Assembly (NCBI RefSeq): GCF_018350175.1
Contig: NC_058383.1
Coordinates: 30,754,001-30,818,000 of the forward strand
Reading direction: 5' to 3'
DNA from: Felis catus
Taxonomy: Eukaryota
DNA: 64,000 nt
Position 1 is the first letter of the stretch. Each line of letters starts with the position of its first letter. The notes under the pieces were generated by a model that was given only the letters and a program-made list of their open reading frames with translations, had not been told where the DNA came from and searched no databases. Shown here piece by piece: positions 50,060 to 63,795 of this stretch. Both the position numbers and the translations under genes were made by a program.

Positions 50060-53000
50060 CTGTAAGACAGAGCAGGGGAGAATCTGATTAAGTCAGGGCT
50101 TCCGAATGCAAACGGCTCCAGGCGGGGCATCCAACCAGCGGGGTGTGAGGACGGCAGAAGTGGTCTCAGAGGGGACAGTCGCGACCCAGCTCTGGTGAGT
50201 GCAACAGGGGAAATGGAAAACCCGGATCATGCGCATTTTCCGTCTTCAAAAGCCCCCGAGCGTTAGGTGTGCGTCCAACTAGCTTCGGGGGGGGGGGGGG
50301 GTTAGCTCTGGCCCCAGTTTGAAGGCTGTGAAAGAACAGGCCGGCCGTGGCTTTCCTCCCCCGTCGTCACTGAAGCGTGCCCTGGCTGGGAGACGAGAGA
50401 AAAAGAAAATGCTTTGGAGAACATTGCATTTAACGTCAAGGAGGGTGTAGCAAAAATGGGCGCTTCTGGTGGAACTCATCCTGAGAGAATAACCCGGATT
50501 TAGACCAATGTCTGATTATGAGGACGTGCCTCACGGCGTTGTGTCGAAGAGCCAACGAGCCACCAGAGTCCAACTGAGAGGATTACATGGTTTCAAATGG
50601 TCTATGTGACAGCAGGACAGCAGAAGCGCTACAGACTGGGGAGGACGGGTCATGAGGACCCAGGACGCAACAGGAAGGGCGTGCGACCTACCAGGTACAG
50701 GAAGAACCTGTGGGATGTGTCGCTTTGTCCCTCTGTTCTGTGGTTGAGCACCCATGTGGGCGGGACCCTGTTCGAGCCCCTGCAGCTACAACAGTGGACA
50801 AAACCCCCAGGCCCCGGGGGAGGTGGACGTTACACATAAGATAAGTCACAGAGGTGGCCAGAGCAGCAATGGGCAGGAGGCTGTGGCCCCCAGGAGGGCA
50901 GGAGCTTCCCGAGAGGGTGTGCGGGCCCAGGCGGGAGGCTCTCGGCTCTCGGGGACAGGGTGGAGGGCTGTGAGGTGGCCCCACCTGCAGGCTCTCGCCG
51001 GGGGAGGCCACTGTCCGGATGCACTTAAAGTGACCCCTGTCTGCCAGGTGGAGGGGGGACTTGAGGGGTCCAGGCTGTGGCCATGAATGCAGAGGTGGAG
51101 AACTCGGTCTTATTTCCTACGGTTCTTGTAACCTGTGACCCCCTACTTAGTGGCTTTAATGCAAAATGTACCGTCTTATGGTTGTGGAGGCTGTATGTCC
51201 AAAACGGTCTCACGGAGCTCAGCAGAGAGCGGCGGCACGGCTGGCTCCTTCCGGAGGCCCCGGCCGAGAGTGCTTCCTCGGTGCTTCCAGTTCTCTCTCG
51301 CTGCTCAAAGGACCTTTGTGATCACACGAGGCCCACTTAGGCCCTCTGCCTTTTTCAAGACCCTTAACCACATCTGCGGAGTCCCCTGCACCGCGTAAGG
51401 GGACACAGTCCTAAGTTCTGGGCACTGGGACGTGGACATTCTTGGGGTCACCCTGTCTGGCAAAGACTGAGATCTGAATAGTGGAATCATTAAGATTTGG
51501 TACTTGAACAACAGTGCTCTCTGAAGGGTGAGCTTAAGCTGGTCAAAAATGAGAAGAAAAACTTCTACGGTACACATCTTACTGGCACAAAATACCTGCA
51601 AAAAAACAGGCTGAGATGAAACTCAGGTCATGAGCCTCCCTGGGCCAGCACCTTTCCAGATGTGTGACCTGGGTCCCCCCAGACTCTGCAAGGGAAGACC
51701 GCCCATCTACCGAGGAGCACAGAGGCTCGGCAGGACCGAGGCCACCCAGGTGTAGGTGGCAGACCCGGTCAGCCGGGCCCCTTCTAGATGACTTAGGGGA
51801 TGGCTCACGTTCAAAAAGAATCTGCCTCTGCCCCTGGGGGTCCCAGTCAGTTCTGCGCAGTCTCCCAATTCCTTCCTGCCACTCGGCACTGGTCCTGCTT
51901 ACAATGATCTGACTGTCACGCCTGTTCAGGGACATAGGCGTTGTGCTCAGTGAGAAGTCCCTTGTTGAGGACAACATCTCCAGGACGAAATGAAAACTTC
52001 CCTCGAGTGTCTCCCTTCTCCCTCAGGAGTCGGGGGGGGGGGGGGTGGTGCTCTGCTCTGTGTGCAGAGGGAGAGGACACACATGACCTTGAACAAGGGT
52101 GGCTCCTCATTCCTGCGGCCTGGCCAGCTGCTTAGCCACACAACCCTCCTTCAGAAGGACATTTGGCCATAGGCCCAAGGGCACCCTGTCCTTCTCTGTT
52201 GGTATTACCTGAGTTACCAAAAGGCCTCTTTATCCCAGAAGGCGCCTTACATGATGGGTAGAAGATGCTGGAAGGAATCGTGGTGCTCACAGGAGGACTT
52301 GGATATAAATGTCATTTGAAACTACCCCTCCACCCCGCCCCTGTTCAGGATCCAGGGTCCAAGTGGCTGCCTCTCGCTTTGTGGCCACCCTTATTGGGCA
52401 CGACATGCGAGGGAGGGGTGAGTCCTGCCAGAGCCTGTTGGCCCTGAGGTAAGTGACTCTTGGGAGGGAGAGTTACAAGTCAGTAGGAACATCATTCTGT
52501 CCAGAAATGGCATCCGCTGTGTGGGGACGCAGCCTAGCCTTTGGCATTAGGGCCCGGGCTGGGAGGTCCCAATCCTGCGGCCCACGGGCAGGGCGCCTTG
52601 CTGTCTGAGCCTCGTTCCCCTACCTGTCACAGGGGGATGAGCATGTGGCCGTCAGGATGCTGTGGCCAGGAATGGGGAGTCGGCCACATGGAAAGCCACA
52701 GGCTGGCTGCATTTCTTCAGGCAAGTGCCTTGTTCTCGAACCTTAGCTCCCAGGACACACTAAAGGTGGAGCTATTTTGAGAGTTCCAGGGACAGTTAGC
52801 CACTCTGACCACCTGAGTTATGTTGCCAGATACTGTGCTAGGTAGAAAGGGGCCCCAGCCCCACGTGGGACAGGCAGGGCGGACCCCAGAGAAGTTGCCC
52901 CAGCAGGGGTAAACACAGGGTGTTCTGAGCAGGGCACCAGACTGGGTCATCGCAGTGGGTAGAGGAGGAAGAGCTGAAAAGGGTGAGAAGAGAGTTGTGT

Positions 53001-53449
53001 GGTTCATGGTGCAAAGGGCCCTGGGCCAGGAGGAGTGGGGTGGGAGCCCGCCAGACACGGCCAGCTGCTTCTCCTTCTCAAGAGGCAGGATTTTCCACAG
53101 GGTTGCGGTGAGGTGTCACTGAGATGATATGTGTGGCCTCTCAGAGTTGCCGCCGGGGCTGAGGGCCTGACGTGAACGTAGGTGGGACAGGGGCCAGACT
53201 GGGGCCAGGGACAGCTCCATCCTCAAGGCCACGGCAAGCAGTGACCATGAGCTAAGCCGCACTGCTGGTTGCGATGGGCAGAAGCTTTTGCAGTGACTTC
53301 TGTAAACCCAGGGCCGTGGAGGCCACTGGAGGAGGGCGGCTGGCCTCATACTGAGTGTGTGACCTCCGGAGAAAGTCCAGGGGGAGCAGGAAGCCATAGT
53401 AACGGCTGGGGAGACCGAGAAGCAGTGGATAAGAGCTGGCAGCCCCTAA

Positions 53450-54250
53450 GGCCACAGTTTTTGTAGGTCAAAAACTGTCCCAAATAATTTCCTATACCCG
53501 TTGGCCATTTGCACGTTGTCTCTGGAGAAACGTCCACTTTAGTGCCGAGATGGTCCTGTCACTGGGGAAATGCAAATGAAAACCACAATAAGGTCTCGCC
53601 TCACACCTGTCAGAATGGCAATTCTCACAAGACACCGAGTTTCGCTGAGCAAGTGTGGGCCCGGAAGCCTTGCACGCTGTCGGTGGGAGTATCAAACGCT
53701 ACAGCTGCTACGGGAGACGGCATGGAGCTTCCTCGAACGATTATAGAGGGAAGCACCGCATAGTCCAGCCATCCCTCGGGGTGTGTACCCGAAAGAACTG
53801 AAATCGGGATCCTGAAAAGGTATCTGCACCCCCGGGCTCGCGGCAGCCTTACGCACAACAGCCAAGACCTGCAAACGAGCTAAGTGCCCGAGGCTGATGA
53901 ATGGATGAAGAAAACGTGTACACGTATGACAGGATGTCACTCGGCCTTAAAGGAAATTCTGACCCTTGCGACCCCACGGACGGACCTGGAGGACATTATG
54001 CTAAGTGAGGGGAGTCTGCAGAGGGTACAACTCCACGGGATTCCACTCACAGGTGGTGTGGAAAACGGTCACAGTCCCGGAATCAAGAGTGGAACAGCAG
54101 TTTCCTGAGTGCGGAGTTAGGAAGCAAACCCGGATCCTTTCTAGATCCCTTAGCTGCAACACTGTCCCTGTGAACCCCCAAGAACGTACTGTACTCTTAA
54201 AACGGAGCAGGGTAGATCACATGTTCTTACCACCGTACAATTATTTTTAC
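53450..54250 (+). mobile_element. Ancient L1M 3' end, unusually GC/CpG-rich
   Basis: ggggaaatgcaaatgaaaaccacaa...gatgaatggatgaagaaaa...ctggaggacattatgctaagtga. Confidence 0.8.
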
Positions 54251-54509
54251 GTCGAACACTGGCAATTGAATAGTATGGGAAGACCGGAGACGGTGGGTCT
54301 GTTTCACCCGGGAGGAGCAGGGGGTGCGGTGCCTGGAGCACAGCTGAGCCCCCTCTGAGAGGGAAGGAGAGCTGCCCACTCCCTGGGTCCTTTCCCTCGA
54401 GAGTGCTGGGGCCAAGGTTGTTGCACAGGCCAGTCCAGGGAGGCGGGAAGCCTCACACTGATGGAGACCCCCTGAAATAAGGCAGATTATTGCTGGTGCT
54501 GCTGTTGCT

Positions 54510-54674
54510 TTTACTTTATTTATTGATTTTGAGAGGGAGACAGAGCACATGAGCTGGGGGAGGAGCAGAGAGAGTGGAGCCTGATGCAGGGCTGGAACCT
54601 ATGAACCATGAGCTCTTGGCCTGAGCAGAAGTCAACAGCCAGATGCTTAACCGACTGAACCACCCAGGTGCCCC
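54510..54674 (-). mobile_element. Older SINEC
   Basis: gatgcttaaccgactgaaccacccaggtgcccc. Confidence 0.88.
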
Positions 54675-54879
54675 AAGGTAATCTTTTTAGATCTACTTCA
54701 GCACGAAGGGGCGTCTCTCCTCTGTTCCGCGTCTCCTGGGAGACCATGACCTTGTCCCCTTGCCCGGGTAGAAAAAGCAGGGGACCTGGGGACAGAAATC
54801 TTGCACTGTATCATTTACCAGCTGGACTACCTGGACAGGTCACTGATGCACCCTGGGATTCCGAGTCCCCCCCATAAGC

Positions 54880-55815
54880 TGGATCATAGTAAAAACTGCC
54901 ATTCAGACAAGCGAATTACAAAAGGAGCCAAAATCTGAAAAGACATTTCTCCAAGGACAATATCCAAATAACCCAGAAGCACGCGAAAAGATGCTCAACG
55001 TCATGAGCTTTTGGAACGCGCACATCCAAACCGTCACGAAGTATCACTCTGCAGCCCCAAGGTGGCTGCAACAACTGTTGGGGAGGATGTGGAGAAAGCA
55101 GAACCCCTGCAGAAACTCTGCTCCAAGTGACAAGTGGCAGAGAACTCCGCTCCAGAACACCACTGCGGCCACGGGTTCGGAGAGCAGCAAATGCAAGGAA
55201 AGGACTCTGACCTTCCTTTTCCTTAAAAGCAGAAAATAAAACTCCCCCGTGAACGACGTCCCCTCTCTGCTAGCAAGTAAAGTCACAGTGTGATCAAGGA
55301 GAAGCCGAGGCCCGGAGTGTTCTGTACAAAAAGATCTTGTTAAAATTCCTCTCTTCCTTTCGCATCCCCACAGGACCCAGTTCACTCTCACACCTAACAG
55401 GAGAGCACGTGGGTCTTGCCCGTGTGGGGTCTTTACTTCCTTACGCCTCTGTGTCATGGAACACCTAGGAATCCGTGTTTCCCCCTGTGCAGGGGGCACG
55501 TGCTGACCTCTCAGCCCAAACAAAACCCCTCGGGGGGAGAGGGGAACGGGGCCGCCTCCATGCGGGACGCAGCAGGGCCAAACCTTGCAAACGCCTGCTG
55601 TGATGGATGCCAGCCTCCAAAGTCTGCGTACTCGATGACTCCATTCGTCCAGATAGCGCGATCTGGAGAAACAGGAAGCATGTGGCTGCCAGGAGCCGGG
55701 GAGATACGGGGTTCCTTCAGGACGTGATAAAAATGTAATTTGTGCATGCTTGAAGTGGCTGAATTGCATGGAACGTGAACTACATCTCAAGGCTGTTTTA
55801 CAAAATGGCACAAAA
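54880..55815 (+). mobile_element. Ancient L1M 3' fragments
   Basis: agacatttctccaaggacaatatccaaa...aaaagatgctcaacgtca; terminal gtgaactacatctcaaggctgtt. Confidence 0.6.
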
Positions 55816-56739
55816 GAGTTCAAGGAAGGACGCTGCAGGACCCTCTCTGGCAGGTCTGTGTGACAGAGCACGACACCGTTCTGGGTGCTTGATAAAAGTC
55901 CCCTCCTGCTACCTCCAGCAGGGCTCATCTCGCCTCGGACAAGACGGCTCCCAGGTCCAAGTGGAGTCCCGTCCTTCTGGTCCTGGTGGAGCCATCCTGG
56001 GGTCCACGCGGGGATGGAGTGTTCCAACCAGTGGGCGGGAGGCCAGGGAGAACATGGTGGAGAAGCTTCCTGCCCCTGGCCCGCAAAACGTGGACTTCCT
56101 GGGCCAGAGGGATGCACTGTCATGGAGACGGGGAGCTCGGTGGAGACATCACATCTCGGTGACGGACACTGAGCACCTGGCGCTCAGCCGGAGCCTAGCC
56201 CAGGCCCTCAGCTGGAAGGGAGTACTGCTGGTCACCCAGGACACAGCCCAGATGTCCCCCACGTACGTACTCCTTGACCTGTAGGGTCTTCTGGACCTGA
56301 CGTGTCCCCTTGGCAAACCCTTCAGAAACTCCCTCTTCTGCTCCCGTTGGCTACTGTCGCGGCACCAAAGGAATCCACGTCTGCGTGAGTAGCACCTGCC
56401 AGGAGCCCTAGGATTGCCCGTTCTTTTTAATAAGCCACTGGGGTGCTCCACTGTGGCGTCCTAGGCCCCAGCACAAGGGTGCCATCGATCCGATGGTCTC
56501 AGCCTCTCATCAGTGAAAAATGGCCACTGAGAGAGATTTGCTTTCCATTTCGCTTATAAACCAAGTGTAGAGACCCGGTCAATATTCCATTTGCTGGGAG
56601 CTGCATTCCATAGCTGGGGGGTGGCTTCGCATGGCCGCTGCCACGCTGGACCCTGGAGCACTTGTGGGACCGAGCTGTTTGCTGCTGAAGCTGTGGCCAT
56701 TTATTCCATCTGGAGCATTTTTAATTTCACTTACTGTAT

Positions 56740-58010
56740 TATCTGTGACTGGCTCTTTTTTTCTTTTTTTTTATCTCATTACGACTCTCACAGATATCCT
56801 CCAGTTTTTTCAAGTCTAATGAGCATCGTTATGACCATGAAATTCTCTACCGACATATGACTTGTATCCATCTCATCTGTGACTCTGTGCTGTGCTTTCC
56901 TCTGGGACGTAGTCTTCTGTCTCCTCCGGTTCAACTCTGTGTCCCGTGTGTTGGAATGCCAGCTACATCTCGTGCTCTTGGGAGTAACGGTCTTAGGAAT
57001 AAGGGGTGCTGTGGGCCTTGCAGTGCAGGGTCCCCTGGCCCCCAGAACCCGGCGCTCCGAGGGGTGTTTCCTCGGCGAGCTGCATGCACCCGGTTTTGTC
57101 CGGGCTGCTGCCTCCTTCAGTCCAGTCACCTGCAGAGGCTCTCCTGGCCTGCTGGGGGCGCTGTTCGGTCCCAGGGCATGGCGTGCACTGTCAAGGAAGT
57201 CTGCTTCCAGCCTACACAGGGCCTGCCCCCACTGCCATCCGGGTGAGACCCCGCAGAGCGCGGTGTGGCAGACGTGGTGTTGGCAAGGTGTGCACCGGTC
57301 TTCTGGGGAGGGGACCCGCAGCACGGGGACTGGGGGCAGGTGACCGGAAAGGGCCCATCTGCCGAAGCACAGGGGGGGTGAGGCTCGGCATAAGCAAGTT
57401 GGGTGGTGGATGCTGGCCTCTCACTGGTCCCAGCAGATGGTCCCGTGTGGGGATGGGGGACAGAGATGGCACCCGCCAGCTCCTTTGTTCCTGGCGGATC
57501 CTCCCTGGGACCTGCTTTGAGGTGAGTACATAACTGCCCCCGCCCCTGGCAGGCCCCAGGCGTTATTCAAACTGCTGCTTCTATGCCCTATTTCTGTGGG
57601 CTGTTTGTCCAGTTCTCTCTTTAGGGGTGGAGACTCCGTTTCCTGTCTCCCAGAAGCTGGTGATTTAAAAATTACGGGCTTTAAACCCCTCTGGTTTTAA
57701 AACTCCCAGAATTCAGCACATACCACTTTCAAAGCCAAAGGTTACGGGAATTCGTCTTCCTCCTTCAGGCTCCCTGGTGTGACTGTCCATTTCTTGCCCT
57801 TCTCCACAGCCGCTGCCCCCTCCTGACCGTGGACAGCAAGGGCCTGTTTCGTTCCCCACCACGTCTCTGCCCTTTGCTGTCCTCTTTAATGCATCGTCTT
57901 CTCTGCCAGTACCCGCAGAGTCTGTGGGTTATTTATGCTGATGTGCCGTCCAGTTGTACCCATGGGACAAGGTAAGCTTAGGGTCTTCTAACTCCACCAC
58001 CTTCCCAGCG
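56740..58010 (-). mobile_element. L1 5' end remnant (ORF1 start and 5' UTR)
   Basis: Resembles 24240-25650 (aagtcta..ttatgaccat; gactccgtttcct; tcaaagccaaa). Confidence 0.6.
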
Positions 58011-59158
58011 TCTCCTCCAACACCTCCCTCAAGCTGGGGTTCTCCACCCTGGGTACCCTTAAGAATCACCAGTGGGACACAGAAATAAGAATTCCTATGG
58101 CACTGTGCAGGGCTTGACCTCTGTCTTACTAGACCCCTTCCGGGTGGATCCAGTGCGTGCGCCACGGCTGAGAGCCACAGATTGAAAGTAACCAAGTCAC
58201 TTGGGGGTGATTCTGCAAACCGGAAGAGTGGCTAAAAGGAGAACTGTTCCATTTATCCTGGAGGTCAAGGGCAGGTATTGTGGTGAGATGGCAAAGTGGT
58301 TGAACATCTGATTGTATCTGGACCTTCTGGAGGAAGAATTTTAAGCTCTCCTTGGAAAAGGGCAGATATGAGCACGGTCCGTGAAGGTTGGCGGGTATGA
58401 GATCCGCATGGCTGGTGAAGATTTTCTGGGGTTTTCCTGGCCAACGTGTGCCCTGTCTCACCATTCAAGACCAGATCAGGACTCATCTAAGGAACGAGAC
58501 GACCATCAGAAGACGAAAAGGCTCTGTTCCCCTCACCAAAATGGCACTTTGCTTACAGGGATGCCTCGCGCAGCTCAAGAGGAAGACAGGCTTACATCGT
58601 TCTCTTTGGTGCCCCCAAGCCTTTCCACCTCGAGGGTTCAACTGAAAGTTTATGTGCATTTCAATATAACTAGCCATTCCAAGTTTCTCTTACAGCTTTC
58701 TCTCGTCTTATGAAAATGCCATTCAAATAAGAAGCATCCCACGTATAAAGAGACAGTGACTCCATCTTCCTGAAAAAGGTAAATAAGGCAAAAGATACTT
58801 CCTTCTCCGTCTTCCTTATCTCCACTCTTCAGCTTCAGTATACTTTGGGACTAAATTATTTTCTTGAGTAAGAAACACAAAAAGTGGTGCAAAATAAAAA
58901 AGCATGCAGAGATAAATGTACGAAGTGAGGCTTCCCACCCCCATCCTCCAGGCCACCAGTTATTTTTCGGTGTATCTTTCTAGAACGATCCATTGCGTAT
59001 AGAGCATGTACATAAAGACAGGTGAGGATGTGTGCGCATATATACTGTTTGCTATTTTTAAAAGTGGAAACGTGTGCACTGTGCTCCTGCTTTTTCCCCT
59101 GAAAGATGTACCGTGGCGAGTTTTCCATCCCACCCCAGGCAGGTCAGCCTCAAGAGTC

Positions 59159-59352
59159 TAGGGATCGGCAAACTTCTGAGTGAAGTCAACATTTCAGGCT
59201 CTGTGGGCCACTCCCGTGACAACTACTCAGCCCTTGGAGCGCGAAGACACCACAGACAGTCCGTGACTGAATGTGTGTGGCTGTGTTCCAGCACAATTTA
59301 CAGAAACAGGCAGTAGGTAGGATCGGGCCTGTGGACCACACTCTACAGCCAG
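59159..59352 (+). mobile_element. MER58A-like hAT-Charlie fossil
   Basis: gggatcggcaaactt...caactactcagc...gtggctgtgttccagcacaatttacagaaacaggc. Confidence 0.78.
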
Positions 59353-60949
59353 GGAGCGGCTGTATCCGTCCGTGGCTGCACGACACCAAGACGGCACGGC
59401 CTGCCAGCCCCAAGCACGAGGACCAGCAGTGGGCTCTCTCCTTTAGGAGTATGTGACCGCCAACAAAATCATCTATCACCCGTCTCACGCTAAACGCTGG
59501 AACAGACTTTGCCTGGTGACTCTCTTGTCCCCCCTGAGCATCACCCAGGACACCAACATGCCAGCCCCCGGGATCACCTCAGGCTGATGCAAGCCGTTTT
59601 TGTTTTTAGAGATGGTTGTGGAGGTGGAGAGCTATGAAGATGCAGGAGGCAGGGGGTAGCGGACACACCGGCCTTAGGGCTGGGCTCCTGGGACAAGGAA
59701 CTAAGCCCTGCTCCAACCCCTTCCCAGCTATGTGGGACTCAGAAGACACTAATGCTCAGTAGCTTCGGGGGGCCTGGCACCCAGACACTCCAATGGCACA
59801 GATGATGACAAAAACTGTTTAGGTCAAGGTCCTACCCCAGGATTTTCCTATGTCCCCAAGAAACCGTCATTTAACATAAAGCCGAACGCTATGATTAATA
59901 CGCAGCTATAGGTGTGGCCATAAGTCCCAAGATATTACATGATCTGTCCGTGCTCACCCCTCTGGGCCCTCCTCTCCTTGTCCTGGCTGCTCCTTGTTGA
60001 AATGCCTGCCCAGATGCCCTTACAGGGCCCACTTCTCCCTTGTGAGAAGGCGGCCCTGACCCCTCGCCGGCAGGTAGAATCGCCTGTTCAAGTTTCTGCC
60101 CCCAAGCAAACCAAGGCCCCAGGAGAGCAGGGCTTCCCTGGTCCTACCGCTGGCTGTGCCCAAGCACTTGCTTGCCCACACTGCTGCTCCAGCGAGACCC
60201 GGCACCTTCCGGAAGCATACACGGCCAGAGACGAGTAAGAGCCGGACAGAACCAGGCCCACCCTGAGTCCCCCAGGGCTGAGCCAAGAGCGAGGCTCATA
60301 CAGGGCGGTGGAGTACAGGAACGCCACCTCTCCCCAGCAGCGCCCCGTGGGGCTGGGACCAGACGGGCACTGGGCCCCGCCCAGTGTCCTGGCAAGGTCA
60401 TGGGGCTGGCTGGCTGGCTGGGTGGGTGGGTGGGTGGGGGCTTCAGTTCAAGCCACCTTGGAGAACTTCTCGTGGGCACCAGACAGAAGTAACTCCCAGA
60501 GGGCTCACCCTCAGGGCACACAGCTCGGAGGGGAGGGAAACTGCAACCAACCATCTGTACGCACCCACAGGAGCCAGGCGGCAATGGCACAGTCACTGCA
60601 GCATGAGGAGGTGCCAGGGCTGGGCGAGGGCCAGCCGGGCAGGGGGCCGTGGGCCTCGGAGGGCTCACTGAAGGGAAGCAAACTTCTGAGCCTGCCGTGT
60701 GGCTGGCCACATGCCAGGCCTTAGGTCTTGTTTAACTGAGGAAGCAGACCGCCAAGGGCAGGTCTCCGCTCAGAGACGGAGGGACCCGGGCCAAGTTCCC
60801 CAGCCCCTTGTGCCCCCCTCCGTTAGGTGATGGGAGGGGCAAGTGAGTTAACACAGCTGAGGTGCTGAGAGCAGGCTCCGCCCCACAGAGGTTTAAGTGA
60901 GATGTTCCCGCTCCCACCTTTAATAAAGTCCGTTTCTAGAGGAGGGCCC

Positions 60950-62400
60950 TGAGGCTCAGAGAGGACCCGCAGTGAGGGGCGGCCCATCTGGGCACGGCGC
61001 CCGCACTCCCCGCACAGTCTCCCCTGTCCCGGCCGTTTTTCCGGACGCACCGAGTCCACGCAGCCGGCCCCACGCGGCTCGAGGAAGAGGAGCCGCCAGC
61101 CTGGGTTCAAATCCTGAGGGACCAGGTGGGAGGGACTCCCGCACCCTGAGTGTCAGGCCCCTCGCTTCTTCAACGGGGCTTAAAAAGCAGAGCGCCCCGC
61201 GTGAGTGACTGTCCAGAAGGACTGAGAGCAAGGAGAGCAGCGGGCCTGGCCCGCGGCCGGCAGCACACCAGCCGTGTTTCGCCGGAAAGCAGCCGGGCAA
61301 GGTGCGTTCTGCCCCGGAGCCCGAGAAGGGGGTCTTACCAGGTCAGGCAGAGAAGGAGGTCTCTGTGCCGCCCTCCTACGCGTAGAGCGGGCAGAACATG
61401 CCGCAGCCACACTGCGCTTTTAGCCCTGGCGCGACAGGGCAGCCCTCGCTGCCTTCCGGGGTGGGGGTGGGGGGCGGGTTGTGAAGAGGGCAGGCGGCAG
61501 GGGCCAAGAAGGCCCGGACGCTGGGGTCAGGGGTCAGGCCTGGAACCTCAGGCCAGTCCCTCCCCCCACAGACCCATGACTTGCTCCCCTGGGAGCCGGC
61601 AACGAGGGTAGCTACCTCCCGGGGCTGCGGCCTGACCCGAAGCGGCCGGGGCAGCGTCTCCCACGGGTCCACAGACGGGGGGTGGGGACGGGCAGGAGGC
61701 CCCGGAGAACGGACAGCTCTGATGACCACAGTCACTGCCCCGATTATTTTGTAACGGCCACGCATCCGTTCCGTTTTCAGCCCCACCCCTGCTCACACAG
61801 CCGTGGTTGCCCGGAGCCTGGGCCCGGAGAATGGGCTCCTGTCCCCTCGGGCTCGCCAGACCGGGGCGCTGCTGGCGGCGGGAGGAAGGGGCGGCTGCAC
61901 GTGGCACGAGTCCCGCACCGTTGGACCTGGGGTGGGGGGAGGCTGCCTCCCCCGAGGTGAACCAAGTGAGAGACTGAGGCGCAGGGTGAGGACACGGGGA
62001 GGTCTCCCCCCCCGCTAAGGTCCAGCCCTCCCTTTGCTCCCTGGGCCATTTTCCGGCCATCTGGACTCGGCCCAGCCCGGGGTCGTCCTCTGGCATTGGA
62101 TGCCCTTTGGGAGCGCCGTCCCGTGGGCAAGCCCTGGGGAGGCCTGGTAGAGGACGGGACCTTTAAGGTCTCGGAGGCCCCAGCAGAGCCCCGTGTGGTG
62201 GTGACACCACCTAGTCTGAAGGATCCCGCTGCTGCGCTTTGAAAACCAAAGGAGCCATTCTGAGAACGGTGGGCGGGCCCCGGGCCGGGGCAGACCAAGC
62301 TCCTGGTGGAGGTGACGGAAGACGAGGCGCGCAGCTGTGCAGAAAGAGCTCCGGCCACACGTCAGACACTGTGTGTGGCATTGGTGGGAGGCCGCTGGCT
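60950..62400. promoter_or_regulatory. Intronic CpG-island-like region
   Basis: Visibly very high GC and CpG density (not computed). Confidence 0.55.
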
Positions 62401-62799
62401 ATCCCAGGGGTCCGAGATGGCACCTGTGAATGGGTCCTGGGCACGGAGGACCAAGGAAGTGGAAAGGAAGGTTGCCAGAGTCCCCCTTGATAAGGGTGTC
62501 AGCATCCTGTGACAGAAGAGGCTCGCGGAGGGCGAGGACCTGCCCGGGACGCCCAAAACTGGAAAGAGCTGCCTGAGTCCCAGACGCAATTCCCTTCCAC
62601 ACGTCGCTGCCTCCTGGACACAGTGCAGAGGATGCTCCCGTCAAGGGTGCCGAGATCCGGTTCCGTGTGCCCTCCTGCCTGGTGCACCTTCCCCTGGGGC
62701 TTCTGCGTGGGGATTCGTTTTGAAACTCCCTGGCTCTTCCTCCTCCGTCCTCTCTGCTGCTCCCTCTCAGGGCCCGACTTCTACAAGGCGGGTGGGCGG

Positions 62800-63795
62800 G
62801 GGTCCGTCCCCGTCTCTTTCCTCAGCCACTCTGCCCAGTCTCCTAGCATGACGTGCCACCAACACTCAGTGACCCCTGTAAGTCGGTTCCCAGCCCAGAC
62901 CTCCATCCTGAAGGTCGGGCTCTTACACTGAGGGCCCTTCACCATTTCCCCTGGGATATCTGACCAGCATCTCAGGTGTAACATGTCCCAAGCAGCCTCC
63001 TTGACTCCCCCATGGCCATCCCCACTTTATAAATGGCAAGTGTCTCCTTCGTGTCCCCTACACCAGCAACCGTAGCACCGTCCTGATTCCTCTCTCTTCA
63101 TGCCCCTATCGACCCAGTGGCAAATCCCGTCCTCCCTACTTCCAGAGCACCTCCTGAATCAGCGCTGTCTGCCCGCACCAGCCCGGCCCAGCCGCCCTCT
63201 CCTGACGCCCGAGTGGCCACATGATCCTCCACCTGGCCTCTCTGCTCCCTTCCCGATCGCACATCCTCATTCACAACAGAGCTCTTCCCTGTGGTGGCTC
63301 CCATTTCACTCCACGTGGCAGCCGGCGTCTTCCCTGGACTCCGTGGCCCTATGTGACTGGGCCTCCTCCTTGCCTCCCTGACTGCCCTGCCTCTTCCCCC
63401 TTGTTCACTCTGCTCCTGATCCTGGCTGCCTGCTGTGGCCAAGAAAGCTCTGCCTCAGGGCCTTGGCACATGCTGTTTCCTCCGCCTGACACATCCCTCA
63501 GGTCTCCACACAGTGTCAAACTCTCCTGGTGGCCTGCCGCAGCCGTACGCAACACCTCCCCACCAGGCCCCTTCCCCATGCACCCCCATGGGATGTCTTT
63601 GGCCATTTTATTTTTCTCCGTAGCAATTACCATCTGACATATCCCCCTTTACTTCTTCATTTAACGTGTCTCTCCTCCACTAGAATATGCATGAGGGCAG
63701 GGACATTCATTCACTGCTGAGTAAATACTAGTATCTGAAATGGTCCCAAGTAGGCACACGGCAGTATTTGCTGAGGGACGGGGGGATGGATGGAG
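62800..63795 (+). mobile_element. L2 (L2a-like) 3' remnant
   Basis: cccagcccagacctc...gcatctcaggtgtaacatgtcc...cctcagggccttggcacatgctgtttcc...catgagggcagggac...gtatttgctga. Confidence 0.78.

Noticed and set aside
50060..50130. N-terminal part of ORF 49930-50130 (MPRLEPFAFG...)
   Set aside because: Intronic read-through upstream of the splice acceptor; only 50059-49930 is exon
55044..56123. Longest ORF in the window (359 aa, minus)
   Set aside because: No recognisable domain; overlaps antisense L1 remnants in GC-rich, stop-poor sequence
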